From NCBI RefSeq assembly GCF_035594765.1, contig NC_085841.1, positions 68,309,574 to 68,373,573 on the forward strand: DNA of 64,000 bases, read 5' to 3'. The notes beneath the pieces were generated by a model that was given only the letters and a program-made list of their open reading frames with translations, was not told the origin of the DNA and did no database searches. This document shows, in pieces, positions 9,060-21,909 of this stretch. The position numbers and the translations under genes are program-made. Positions within the stretch are counted from its first letter, which is position 1. Every line of letters begins with the position of its first letter. The DNA comes from Anolis carolinensis (Eukaryota).

Positions 9060-11980
9060 TTTGGTATTTTGTACCAACTTATGGACCAAACCACACATTT
9101 CTGCAACAAGAGGAAGTTTCAGGACAGACAATTGTCATTGGAGGTGATCTGAATTTAGATCGGTATAAGAAAAGAAAGAATGGGGGGGGGGAAATTAAGT
9201 TAATTTTAAGAAATGGAATGTTCAGGAAGTCAATGAAAGAATTGGAAAAAGAGTTGACACCCCCACATATTATTCAGCCAGGCACAATTCATTTTTTACA
9301 CTAGATTTTTTTTTGTTGGTAATAATAATGCATGGCCTATAATTGAGACATCAGTGGGATGTAGGTGGCCAGGAGATCATGCTCCACTCTTTCTTAAATT
9401 AGGAATTAGCAGTACGAAGATAGAATATAAATGGAGATTTAACCCACTGGTTACATTCAAGGAACAAGACAAACAAGAGTTAAAAGAAGAAATAAAACAT
9501 TATTTTAGAATAAATAGATCACCTGACTTAAAGGAAAACACAATTTGGGATGCCTTTAAAGCAGTGATTGGAAGAAAATGTATCACAATGGAATGGGGTA
9601 TTAAAAAGATTAAAAGAGAGAGGGGAGGAACTAAAACAGGAAGGAGACAAATTATTTCAGAATTTCCAAAAAAACCCATCAGTTCAAAATAAAGAAAGGT
9701 GGAAAGAGAATAAGAAGGTATTAGAAGATTTGGAAAAAAATTGAAGTAACAAAAAAAATACTTATTTGTAAAAATGACTTCCAGGTCAACTCTATAAATA
9801 ACACAAAGAGATTAGCAAATTATTTTTAAAAAGAAAGAAAGAACAAAATTAAAGGATGAGAATGGACAAATTAAAACCAAGGAAGAAGACCTGAGGGAAA
9901 TAATGGCAAGTTATTATGGAAAGTTGCAAACAAAGAAACAGAAAGGTCAGAGGGAATTGTTGTAAGAAAATTAGACCCACAGGATCAAATAGGTTTGAAT
10001 AAAACTATTACTAGTAAGGAAATTGAAGAAGTTATTAATAATCTTAAAGCAAACTCTTCCCCCGGACCTGATGGTTTTACTTCTAACTTTTATAAAATAT
10101 TCCAATCAGAAATTATTCCAAATTTAGAAATCTTATTTAATGTGAATATTAAAGAATAGAACAATTCCTGAAATATGGAAAAGATCCGAAATAACCACAA
10201 TCTTAAAACCCAATAAAGACGAGACCAACCCCAACTCTTACAGGCCAATCACCCTATGCAATGTAGATTACAATTTTTTTTACAAAACTCCTTGTCAATA
10301 GATTAACAGACATAATCCCAAAATTAATTGGGGAAGATCAATACGGTTTTATTAAAAATAGAAGACCTGCAGACCCAATTAGAAATATACTCAGTGCAAT
10401 TAATCAAGTTACTAGGGAAAAATAAAAACTTTTGTTATTAAAATTGGATGCCTACAAAGCATTTGACATGGTCAACCATCAATATCTTCAGTAAGTCTGT
10501 GAAGAATATAATTTGGGAGAGAGTTCTGTGAAGTAATTAAGGAAGTTTATAAAGATAACCAAGCACAATTACTTATCAATGGAACCAGGACAAGAATAAT
10601 CAAGATTAATAGTGGAATTAAACAAGGTTGTCCACTCTCCCCTATTCTATTTGCTTTGGCAATATAAACCTTAGCAAATTTTATCAGGGAGGGTGACAAA
10701 ATTAAAGTTTTCAAAATTGCAAGGGAATTAATCAAAATTAACTTATTTGTGGACGATGCCATGGTTCTAATGGGATCACCAGTAGATTCTATAAAAGAAG
10801 TTATTCATACCTTAAAAAAAATTGAGAACCTATCAGGGTTGGCCATTAGTATTCAAAAATCAGAAATTCTACATAAAAATCTGTCTTGGAAAGAGTGAAA
10901 AGAAATACAGACCATATTTGGGATAAAATTAGGAGAAAAGAAGTTAAAATATTTAGGCGTTTATATTCCCAAAAATTTAAACAATATAATTCAATTAAAT
11001 TATAACCATTTATGGAAAAAGATGAACAATCAAATTCATAATAGGAATAATCAGAACTGGGATATGTCAAACAAAATTAAGATAGTCAAAATGATGGTTC
11101 TCCCCAAATTTCTATTTCTATTTCAAGTCCTTCCATATAGTATCCCCAGGAAAATAATTTAAAAAATGGGACAATTCAATAAAAACTTGGATAACAGGTG
11201 AAAAAAAATAGAATTCCCAATTCAGTATTTCATTCCTCAGAACAGAACGGAGGATGGGGAACACCCAATCTACAAGACTATTATGAAGCCTGCCAATTAA
11301 CAAGATTGTTAGAATTAGATTTTTGATGACTCAAGAAGATGGGTCAGAATCGAAAAAACAATAAACGGATGGCACAATTGCTTATGTTTAAAAGGATGGG
11401 TAGATAACAAAACTCTAAAAGAAATTAAAGGAGGACCAATGATCTCATCCTTGGAGTGCTGGAAAAAATGGCAAGGTAAATTACCAATAAACAAAGTAGA
11501 TATACTCCCAACAGAGTTTTTGAATAATAATAAAGGAACAGATATTTGATAAAGTGATAACAAATTTTAAACAAAATGGAATGAAATTGATAAGAGACAT
11601 CTTAAACCCAGATGGGACAATTAAGGATTGGGAAATGATAAAAGACATTTGTGGGCAAAGTAACTGGCTCCTTTGGAGTGGACTGAAACAAAGGATTATG
11701 AATTGGAAGCAAAAGGAACAGATTTTGACCAAATTTTAAAGTGGAAATTAGAAAACGAAAAAGGCCTGATGGGTTTTATATATAAGAAATTAATTGAAAA
11801 GCAATATAAATTGAAACAAACATTGGCTGAGATATGGGAGGGAGGGGTGAAAAACCATTTGACATAAGCGGGAGATAAAAGTGGAATTAGCAAGTGGAAC
11901 GTTACTGAGGATATGTGATTGGATGTGTATGTTGAAATAGTGATGGATTTTGTTGTTGTTCCGCTGGTATTTACAATAAA
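9060..11980 (+). mobile_element. degenerate L1 LINE (ORF2 EN+RT; 5' truncated; C-terminal part deleted)
   Basis: IGGDLN (~9138), GDHAP, SPGPDGFTSNFYK (~10057), YRPITLCNVDY (~10240), LDAYKAFD (~10444), GIKQGCPLSP (~10614), FVDD (~10746); many stops and frameshifts; aataaa at ~11974. Confidence 0.92.
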
Positions 11981-12334
11981 ACATATACATATATATATTT
12001 TTAAAAATTTCATATTTTACTTTTTGTACAGAAATATAACTTTTCTGGAGAAAATACAGTTTTCTGTGCAAGAAACTTGGAGAAAGCCCACACAAAATTT
12101 TGTTTTCTGCACAATAGTGCTATTTTCTGTAGAACACCACCAAAGTATCTAGTATGACACACTAATACTTACAGGTGAAAATATGTTTTGAATCGTAGGT
12201 AAGTGAAACTGTTGATATTGAGTCCACTGACACGGGGGTGTATTTTCCTTATCTGTTATGATACTTGTGATATTAAGAAATAACAGGTGGCAAATTTCTT
12301 TTTTCTTAATGCATGCTTCATTGAATGGTTGTAT

Positions 12335-12427
12335 GTCAGGGATGCTTTAGCTATGAATTATAATACAGTCAGGGTTTGGCCTCGATGACCCCTGAATTCT
12401 TTTCCAAATCCACAATCCTGTGATCCT
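12335..12427 (+). mobile_element. old CR1 3' end fragment
   Basis: gtcagggatgctttag...gggtttggcctcgatgacccc...ttccaa...ctgtgatcct. Confidence 0.55.
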
Positions 12428-12937
12428 TTGCATACAATGAATATTGAGACTACTGTATTATGAATCTGCGTGCTGATTTTGCTGACTACATTTCTCACAC
12501 TAAGCACTCTGAGCCAGCAATTGCTGTTAATGCATGCTCAGAAGCTGATTTCTTTAACCTGTTGCTCTCCTTAATCTCAGTGATTGCTGCAATTGACTAG
12601 AACTTTCACAAATGGGAGTATAATTTAAAGAATAATACCTAGGCTCCTGAGCAATCAACCTTGGCTAGGAATTTCTAAGTTCAAAAAAGACAGGTGCACT
12701 GCAAGGGCATGCAGCATGTAAATGTAACCTTCAGGGCAATTAGTACATTTGACTATAATGGGCGGGGGAGAATTTTTTAAAGAGGAGAAAACATGTCTTG
12801 TTACTCACCAGGAACTGGAATTCCTTGTGCAGAGAAGCTGAAACAAAAGTATTGTGGCAATGTGGACCTCCTTTCAAGAGCCATACCATATACAGTATGA
12901 CTAAAAGTAGTTACTTTACTCTCAGCTCAAGCACAGA

Positions 12938-13312
12938 AAATGTAATGTTGGTGGATAGCAAAAGAGATTTAAAGATAGGCTTAAAGCTAATCTCAAAAAA
13001 TAAGGAATAGACACCGAGTAGTACTATGAGGCCCTGGCCCGCCAGGGCTCTAACTGGAGGGCAGCTGTTACTAACAGTATTATGGATTTTGAAGAGGCAC
13101 AAATAAAGGGCGAAAGGGAGAAACATGCCAAGAGGAAGGCACATCAAGCAAACCTGTGTCAGGACTGCCTTCCACTTGGAAATGTATATCCTCACTGAAA
13201 AAGACCATGCAGATCCAGAAAAGATCTCTGCAGTCACTTACACATCTACCGCCAAGATTTGACACTTGAAAGACAATCATACTTGGCCATAAGTGATTCA
13301 TCCATGATGACA
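12938..13312 (+). mobile_element. RTE-clade LINE 3' end
   Basis: Translates NVGG*QKRFKDRLKANLKK...EALAR..SNWRAAV...FEEA...EREKHAKRKAHQAN...decayed CxxC...SHLH, the RTE C-terminus; ends in atgatgac. Confidence 0.82.
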
Positions 13313-13446
13313 GTACAACTACTGCATTCCAGATTTTATGTGATGAGAAATTGTTGATAATAGTGAATCCCATTGAAATGAACAACTTCTGGCCCAGGAA
13401 TACCACAGATCCATGCTTGAGGACCTGGAGAATGTTTACAGCAGGC

Positions 13447-13546
13447 ACTCCAGGTGTTTTAGACTTCATCTCCCAGAGTTCCTGATCATTGAGCAAGATG
13501 GCTAAGGCTTCTAGAAGTACAAATGCCTGGAGGTTGTGCAGGCCTG
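13447..13546. mobile_element. degenerate hAT MITE remnant
   Basis: ctccaggtgttttagacttcatctccca...cctggagg...gcaggcctg palindromic pattern. Confidence 0.5.
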
Positions 13547-14080
13547 GCCTAGAGAGTACATATCTAGTTAGGTGTGGATAAATAAAAAATCAGATGCAAG
13601 TGCACGTGCCATATTGTAGATGTGAAATTATTAGAAGTATCACAGCCATATCTGGAGTTAAGTGTATACGCGCACACAATGCAATTTGCAAATAACATGG
13701 TTTGAAAATTCATTCATGCTAAAAAGAAGCAAGCTTATCCCAAGAAGCCCAAGCCACTTCAAAACTTCTAAAATACAATCATTTTGAGAAATGTTCCCAG
13801 TTGTTTACAATGCATGATTCAATTCCTAACCATACTAAGGGAAGTTCAATCATCACTACATTCAGCTGGTCTCATTAGATGGCAGAAAAGAAAGTTTATC
13901 ATCTTTTGTGGTGTGTGTGTGGGGGGGGGGGGGGGTTGCCTGATCTATACAGGAAGCAAAATTATCAACCCTGAAGGCAAAAAGAAAAGAAATGAAATGA
14001 AATGAAATGAAAAAGCATTGGCCAAGATTCTGCAATGAGAGATGTGTTGCAAAGTTCCACCTATGATATGGCTACCCTTC

Positions 14081-14635
14081 ATCATAGAATCATAGAATCA
14101 TAGATTTGAAAGATACCTCATGGGCCATCCAGTCCAACCCCCTGCCAAGAAGCAGGAAAATTACACTCAAAGCACCTCCGATAGATGGCCATCCAGCCTC
14201 TGCTTAAAAGCCTCCAAAGAAGGAGCCTCCACCACACTCTGGGGCAGAGAGTTTCACTGCTGAACAGCTATCACAGTTAGGAAGTTCTTCCTAATGTTCA
14301 GGTGGAATCTCCTTTCCTGTAGTTTGAAGCCATTGTTCCGCGACCTAGTCTCCAGGGTGGCAGAAAACAAGCTTGCTCCCTCTTCCCTATGACATCCCCT
14401 CACACTATCATGTCTCCTCTCAGCCTTCTCTTCTGCAGGCTAAACATGCTGAGCTCTTTAAGCTGCTCCTCATATGGCTTGTTCTTCAGACAGTTAATCA
14501 TTTTAGTTGCCCTCCTCTGGACTCTTTCCAGCTTGTCAACATCTCCCTTCAATTGCAGTGCCCAGAATTGGACACAGTATTCCAGGTGTAGTCTGACCAA
14601 GGCAGAATACAGGGGCAGCATGACTTCCCTGGATC
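14081..14635 (-). mobile_element. CR1 LINE 3' portion (ORF2 C-terminus + tail)
   Basis: ORF 14400-14621 [18 protein letters not shown]...[12 protein letters not shown]...[22 protein letters not shown]; terminal (catagaat)n. Confidence 0.96.
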
Positions 14636-15903
14636 ACGTACTGCTGGTGGCCAAAAAAAGAGATTATATGTAATACTTCTTTCCCAAAACTTGTGGAGAA
14701 CCAAATTTGCTTATCCTTGGTGTAAGGATGTGGATATTCAGATAATCCCTTTCAAATCTTGTTTATGGGTGCTCAGCTGCCTTTTAAATCTTTACTTATT
14801 CCATGAAACAATTCACAGTAATTCTTAGGAACCAGGACAATTGTGGGGAAAAGTTTTGAAACATGCCTGCAAGCTCCACATGTTAGCTCTACTTGTGTAC
14901 AGGCCAGTGTCTTATGTTATTTATGACAAACAAGAGAACAACTATTATTGAGAGTTTTAAGCTAAAGCAAGAATTTCACATACACAAGAGAGATGGGGAA
15001 TACATTGATTTCTCCCCTCTTTTATTTTATTTTATTTTATTTTTAACCTAGGGTTTCTGTTCCTCCTGACCCTTTTGCATTATTCATATCTTCCTGTCAA
15101 GCCACCAATTATCATGTGACATTCACTCTCCAGTGAGAAACCAAAGCCAAGTGCTCCTTGACTTATTGGTGCTTGTCACCCCTTGTAAAGCGGTAAATTG
15201 TTTCAGATACAAGATGATAAGGAAGAGCACCAGTGAAAGAAAAAGCAGCCAGCTGAAAAGGTCGGCATTTTTCTCCTAATCCTAAGTAGGCTCAGCTTTT
15301 GCTTTTTGACCATTTTTCTATGGAGTCACTCATCAAAGATGAACTTTTAATAACTTCTTAATCACTGTAGTAAACGTCTCAATATAGGTTTTATTGAATG
15401 TTTTTAAAATTTCATTTGCATGGCAAATCAAAGCCAGGAAAAGGAAATAATTAAGTTTTCTTGAATTCCACTTGGCAGAGAGATGTGCTCTGATGAGATT
15501 TCATCTTTCATAATTTGATAGAGAATCGTACATGCATATATTTTACATCAGTTAGAGTTTTCAAGTTACCTTCTCACAGAGGTTGAGGTATTTCCACTTT
15601 AATTGCCATTTTTCCTCTTATTGAGTTTTGACACCTGTAGTTCAGGGGGAAGTGTTTAGAATTTTTAGCAACAGAATGCTCATGCCTCACCAAATGACTG
15701 CAGATCCATAAGATATTGCCACTGCAGTTAAAGTAGAGTCATAGTACACTAAATATGTAATGTGGAAAGATTATTAGTCCGTTTCCTCTTGTCATGAACT
15801 CTCGCATGGCAATTGGTAGGATTCTCTGTACAGGGGAAGTTCAAGCATTTGGCAAACTACGCAATTGCTGAAGGTGCAATCCTCTAATAGGCGCAGTTAA
15901 GGC

Positions 15904-16160
15904 ATGCTGTGGGCGGTGGCGTCTTGGGTGCTGAGAGTGCCTTCCCAGTGGCTGCATCAGGGCTCGGTGCCATCGCACTCCCTGCTGCGGGTCCCCGCCG
16001 AGGCCGAAGCAGAGGCAGTGGTGGCGGAGAAGGTGCGGGGCCTGGCACTGCTGCAGAGGTTCATCGCCTGCCCAGAGCTGGCTGATATGCCCTAGTGCCC
16101 CCAGAAATGACTGGAAGACTTAACTAGAAAGATGGAAAGACACTGAGATTGAAAAAAAAA
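15904..16160 (+). pseudogene. TFB2M: pseudogene fragment resembling the N-terminus of mitochondrial dimethyladenosine transferase 2 / transcription factor B2
   Basis: Isolated GC-rich island; presequence-like N-terminus; AVVAEKVR...QRFIACPELA resembles the sauropsid TFB2M segment I recall as AVVAEQAR...RRFIACPQLA; in-frame stops at 16093 and 16108; A9 at 16152-16160. Identity is from memory, not a search. Confidence 0.5.
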
Positions 16161-18390
16161 GACAGTAAGTGTGAGAGAAAGTAAATTAGGCACATTTATC
16201 CATCCAAGCAGAAAGCTCAGAAAGCTCAAGTGATTCGTTCTTCAATATCTGGTGTGAAATCCCTGTCTATACAGTTGTATCTGTGGTTCTGAATTAGGTT
16301 TGCCACCATTTCATGTCTGTCTGTAAGTATCCATGTCAGGCTTCTTCTCTGATCTCACTTTCCCTTCCCTTCTTCTCGCTGTCTTTATAAATTAGAGCAT
16401 GGGTCTGATTTGTGTTTGTTTGTTTTTTGTTCATGTTGACCTTTTCCTATGTACAAAGCTACTGAATGGTAAAAATGGCTACCTGGGAACTGCTAAACCC
16501 ACACTGTGGTACCCAGCATATATAAGATAACTTTCCCCAACCCATTGCTCTTCAGACTTTTGGCCGACAATTCTCCCAAACAATATTCACAGTGGTTGGA
16601 TAATGAGTAATGTACAAAAAAAAAACTTTGCAAAAGCATCACACTGGAAGACCAGCTTATAATGCAGAAATGCAAAAACAAGAAGTATGATACCTCAAGG
16701 TTAAGGTTGAGTTTTTTTAATCATCAGAAGATTGAGGCTTTAATCTCTAGTATCTTTAGTTAGCAGGAATGTGGCTGGCATAGGAGACCTGCTGTCAGAA
16801 GAGAGAACTGGGATAGATAGAAAAATGGTTTCAAGTGAATGTATAGCTTCTGTCATTTTTTTTAATAAAGCAGAGGATCTCTTAACTCAGAGCCTTTTGG
16901 ATATGCTGAAAGAAGCCAAATGATTGACAGGCTATGGAGGAGGAAACTGATTGATTCCAGTCTTTGCTTTCCTTACACTCTATAGCAAAAAGAGATGTTT
17001 GGCACCAAGGGTGCCATCTAGCTTTTCTCATTGCTGCTAAAATATGGCAAGTGGCAAGAAGCATTGAGAAGTTTCCTAATAGCCAGCAACAACAAAAAAG
17101 CATCAGCCTCTGTAATTGGTTCGAGACAGCATCTTGAGTAGACAGGGATTAAAGGCACTGGAGTGTAACCAGTCACAGAGCCCAAAGTAACAAGCATCCA
17201 GCATCACATTAGCAACCAAGACAACATTAATTATTTAACTGCAGCATTCGGGATAATTTAACTACAGTAGCAGGAGTACAAAAGCTAATTTTCTTTAAAA
17301 AAAAAAGGCAGAATTTTCAAGATTCACAAAATTCATAGACATGACAAGAAAAGACTCTCTCTCACTCACTGTAAGACACACTCTCCCCTGAGACACAGAG
17401 TTCAGGATCTGTGTTCACATTTCAAGATAAAGCAAATGAAAGTGTTCATTTTCTGTATTTGTTGCTGTTGTGTGATTCAATAAGGGAAGGTGAACTATTT
17501 CATTACCAGCCAATTTATGTAGTGTGACAGGCTGACACAGTTTGGTTTGCCATCTGTGAAAGACAAATAACAAGCTACTTTGTAATTTGCAAGTCTAAGA
17601 TGAAATAGAAACTTCTCCTTGCAAGATGCCTCTCATTGTACTGGGAACCTACACAGATGCCATTCTGTAGGTATGCCTTGCTCTGCCCAGCATTCTGAGA
17701 ACCCTTTTCGGTATTAAGGTCAAACCACATGCAACCATGCATATATTTCCTCTGACATCTTCATTTTAGCTTCCTATCTTATGTTTGCAGCTGCATCTTA
17801 ATACTCATGAATGTTGTACAAAATGATAGTCAATGTGCTGTGTTTCAGGGTCCAGACTTTGGAATGGGCTTCAGAAAGATAAATTTATTAATTGATTCTG
17901 AAGCTGAAAGGAAGCAATGAAGCTAATATCTACTTCTGGAAAGATCTAGCAATCTGGAGCCAATTGCATCAATGCTTTTGTCTGCACCTTTTGCCTCAGA
18001 ATATGTACATTACTCTACTGGTACATTTACAGGGAAACACCTGGGTTTTATATATGTGTACCTACGTATTGCCACAGTGTGTGCTACAAGAGGAGAAACA
18101 ATAAAATGGCAACAGAGACAATAGTTCTAAATACATAGGCTTCACATGTATGGGAATTACCTTATTTACTTGAGTCTAATGCAACATTGAATCTAATGCG
18201 GATTGCAGTTTTCAAAACTCTGAAACCCAAAAAAATAATTGCTGCAGAATATAATGAATAGCAGCAAAAAGTGGATTCTTTGTAATTTGGCAAAAAAAAG
18301 TGTAGTACAGTTGCGTCAAGCTTAGAATTTCTTCTTTAAAAACAAAAGTGTCAGAACACCAGAGCTTCCAGCAATGGAAAAGAAAACTTT

Positions 18391-18546
18391 GGGGTGCATC
18401 TATGCTGTAGAATGAATCCACTTTAACTGCCCTGGCTCAATGCTATGGAGTGATGAGGTTGTAGTTTGACAAGGTCTTCTCTGCAAAAGAATGCTGATGC
18501 CTCACCAAACTACAAATCCCAGGATTGCTTAGCATTGGGCCATGAC
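18391..18546. mobile_element. Harbinger-type MITE, truncated
   Basis: gggtgcatctatgctgtagaat...ctttaactgccctggctcaatgctatgg...gcctcaccaaactacaaatcccagg, same family as 60540-62119. Confidence 0.7.
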
Positions 18547-20097
18547 AAATTAGAGATGACGTCCCTCAAATAGGAGCTCCAGGTCTCCTGAAGCAGCTTC
18601 CCCTTTTGCTTTAGCAGCTCAACACTAAGATAACTGTATGACACAAATTTACCTTGCTCTAATTTGGGCAAGGTAAATTTGCCAAAAAAAGGTGAGCATT
18701 AGATTCTAGTAAATAGGGTAATATTTGGTTGTGCTTATTGAAAACATAGATTGGATAGCAATGCCAATCTGTTTTGGTGATTGGATTCAGCACTTTAAAG
18801 TTTGGCCTAAAATACAAAACAGAATCCGTGTCCCACTGACATGACAGCCATCAGTCACTGCTGTGTGCATTAATGCAAAAGCACATGCCCAGCACAATTT
18901 ATACAAGAAATGCTATCTTTAGGAGAGGAATGTTCTCTATGGGATATCAAAGAAAATTCACACCAAGAGAGTTTCATTATGTCAATAGATGTAGCATAAG
19001 AGCTGCCTGTTGTTCCACAAACAATGACTCTTTCCAAGTCAATAAATAATGTAAAACATTATTTCTTTCCTCTTTGGCCCCAGAAACGATTTTAAAGGAA
19101 ATTCTGCTAGCTTGAGGCACCCTACCCAGCATGTCTCTTTGTTTACAATGGCAAGTACAAATGTATATCTGGATTTTATTCTACCAGCACAAAAGCATCA
19201 TTTGGGCTTCTGAGATTAGACTCTAAATACATATTTCTGCATCATACTGTTTTGTGAATACTTTTAAGCATATGCAGTTCAAGCACAGAGGCATCCCTAT
19301 GAATGATACCATTTCAGATGGATTTCCACAGGTTGAATTGGTACAATTCCTTGGTGTAGTGCTAATAAGGTACTACAACAAAGCAAATTTGGAAGACACC
19401 TACTGTTCAGGAAAGCACTTCAAAAGCTTACTAAAAATAAAGAATAAAATTTACCATGTATTACAAAGTCCCAACTTCCTTGCTTGGAGTCTGGGTTAAA
19501 ATCTGATCCAGTAAATATTGACTATCTACATAGTGGAAGGCATTAAAAAACCAAGGCAAGAAATAAGTTAGTGATCAAATGACAGATCCTAAACCCGGAA
19601 AGGCACAGATTTGTATTTGAACTGTTCATGGATTTCATTGTATGTCTTAGGCCAAGAAAGAACTCCTTTACCCATCTTGGATTATTTCAGGATAAGTAAG
19701 ACCAGAATGCAATTTGTGCAATAAATTGTGAAAAAACAATGCTTATGATATTGTGTCTACCATACAATAGCAATGGAGGGGTTGTTCAGAAGTTTTCAAC
19801 TCAGTGTTTTCAATTTCAGTTTGGGAGGCAATGATGCTAAACTATCCCCTCCTAGTACACACCTGCATATAGAACATTCCATGAATACCTTCATTGTCTG
19901 TGGTCCCAATGGAGGGCATGGTTAGAACTTGGCAAATCTCTTACTATCTGATAAGGGTCCAACAGGGATGAGAAACTATGAGACATCTGCTAATTTTCCC
20001 AGATGAAGATGTTGATGCTGACAATGAAGATGACAAGGATGGTTTCATTTATATCTTACATTTTCCTTGGTATTGGGAATACAGTGGAACCTCTACT

Positions 20098-20200
20098 TAA
20101 TAATAATAATAATAAAATAATAAAATTTTATTTATACCCCGCCACCATCTCCCCAACGAGGACTCAGGGCGGCTTACATGGGGCCATCCCAGCTCAAGAT
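20098..20200 (-). mobile_element. L2 LINE 3' tail with (TAA)n
   Basis: tttatttataccccgccaccatctcccc...gactcagggcggcttaca = reverse complement of the L2 terminal stem-loop. Confidence 0.8.
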
Positions 20201-21686
20201 AAATAATAATACATAGCCTGCAATATTTCAAATTATGGACTATTCCTTCTCTGCATTGTAGAGACCATGCAAACATGCATAGGGAAGGGGTGGCTGTGCT
20301 TGGTACAGCCTGTTGAAAGGCTTCAGTTAAGTTGGTATATACCGTGATGCTTGTTCCTCATCTTGATATTTGTCCAGCATGGAACATTTGAATATGCAGA
20401 TCTGCTGATGTCACAAAGGCATCAAATGGAATAGGGAGAAGAAAACGGCTAAGTGATCAGATCACAGCAAATGACAAATAATTTTATCATCTTGGATAAG
20501 GTTTTTTAAACCAGTGTTTTTTTGAAACCCTAGGATTATGTAAGAGGCTGCTAGGAGATCATAACTGAAACAAAAATCTTGTTTTTTGAGCTGTATATAT
20601 ACAGTAATTGCCCCATCCAAATTTTTTTATATAGTAGCTCGGTATCAAGTAGCATGTATGGTAATCAGTGCATTAAGAGCTTGCTGCAGAGAATAATAGA
20701 AAATGCTTAGAATGCTTTTGTAATGTAGATCCCAGACAAAAGGAGGCAAAAGACGAACATTTTGGAAGAAAGGAAAAGTGAGTCTGCAGGGAGGAAGCAA
20801 GCAAGAAGGCTTGAGTACATAGACCAAGGAAAGAAATGGAGAGGTAGGGATTCTCTCAACAGGGTAGGGATTCTCTCAAAACCCATCTCTAATCGCTTGA
20901 CAAAGGCTGATGTCTCTTTTCTGCACTCTTTCTACTGGACTCACACTGAGCTGCCAGTATGGCATGCTTGAATCCTTTCACAGTCATTACCTGAATCGGT
21001 TGGGCTCTTCCCAATGATTTGAATATCCCACATTTGACTCCTGTGTGGCAAGGATTTGTTTCGATTGGTAAATTGGGTTAGTAGAGGATACTTGAAGTGG
21101 TCTCTGCTCAGCAGATGCTACCGTCCATAATGAAGACAGTTCTCCCAAAGGAACTCTGTGTATCTTTGTTGACAGATTAAAGAAGTTGCAGGGCACAGTG
21201 CCAAACATAGATTTGTGTGGGCTTCAGTGGATCTTAATAAAATTTAATATAGAATAATAAGGAATAATAAGGAACAAAATTATCATAGGCAACCCATCTA
21301 TAAAAGCAAACTTTATGGAATTCCCTTACTACCGAGAGCAATTACTACTGTGTACAAGTCCACACCCCTCGTAATTACAGTTTTCCCACTGTGAGAGAAT
21401 GACTAACAGATATGTTGCATTAAGATTCTCGCTTATGTTTTGTGAATTAGTGGATAGATGTCCAAGAGCACGAGTCATTATTTTGATCTGCTTCTTTGCT
21501 TTGTTTTCCCCCCACATTCATGAGCATATATGCAATCATTTCAACTTTCCCTGTATCATAGAAGCTATTGTCCTCAGTACCTGTTGATCCTTTGCCAACA
21601 GGTCTATGTCTCTTCTTTGAGGACTTTAACCTCAGTGAGACCCATTGCAAATTCTGTCTTACCATCCTTTATAAGGAGCAATCCAA

Positions 21687-21909
21687 GCCCGGGGCTGTGG
21701 CGCAGATGGGAGAGCAAGCCAGTGCAATTAACTGCAATGGATCACTGACCAGGAGGTCATAAGTTCGAGGCCCGCTCGGAGCTATGTTGTTGTTTGCCTT
21801 TGTCCTATGTTTAAAAGCATTGAATGTTTGCCTAATATGTGTAATGTGATCCGCCCTGAGTCCCCTTCGGGGTGAGAAGGGCGGAATATAAATACTGTAA
21901 ATAAATAAA
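21687..21909 (+). mobile_element. Anolis L2-tailed tRNA SINE (SINE2-type), short variant
   Basis: A-box tggcgcag, B-box-like agttcgaggcc, tail gatccgccctgagtccccttcggggtgagaagggcggaatataaatactg(taaa)n. Confidence 0.9.

Noticed and set aside
20843-20879. Short local tandem duplications (also 46557-46605 and 50461-50482)
   Set aside because: Two-copy slippage or repair duplications, not arrays; nothing CRISPR-like anywhere in the window
21690-21775. tRNA-like A and B boxes
   Set aside because: SINE heads, not tRNA genes; no cloverleaf, and they continue into LINE-derived tails
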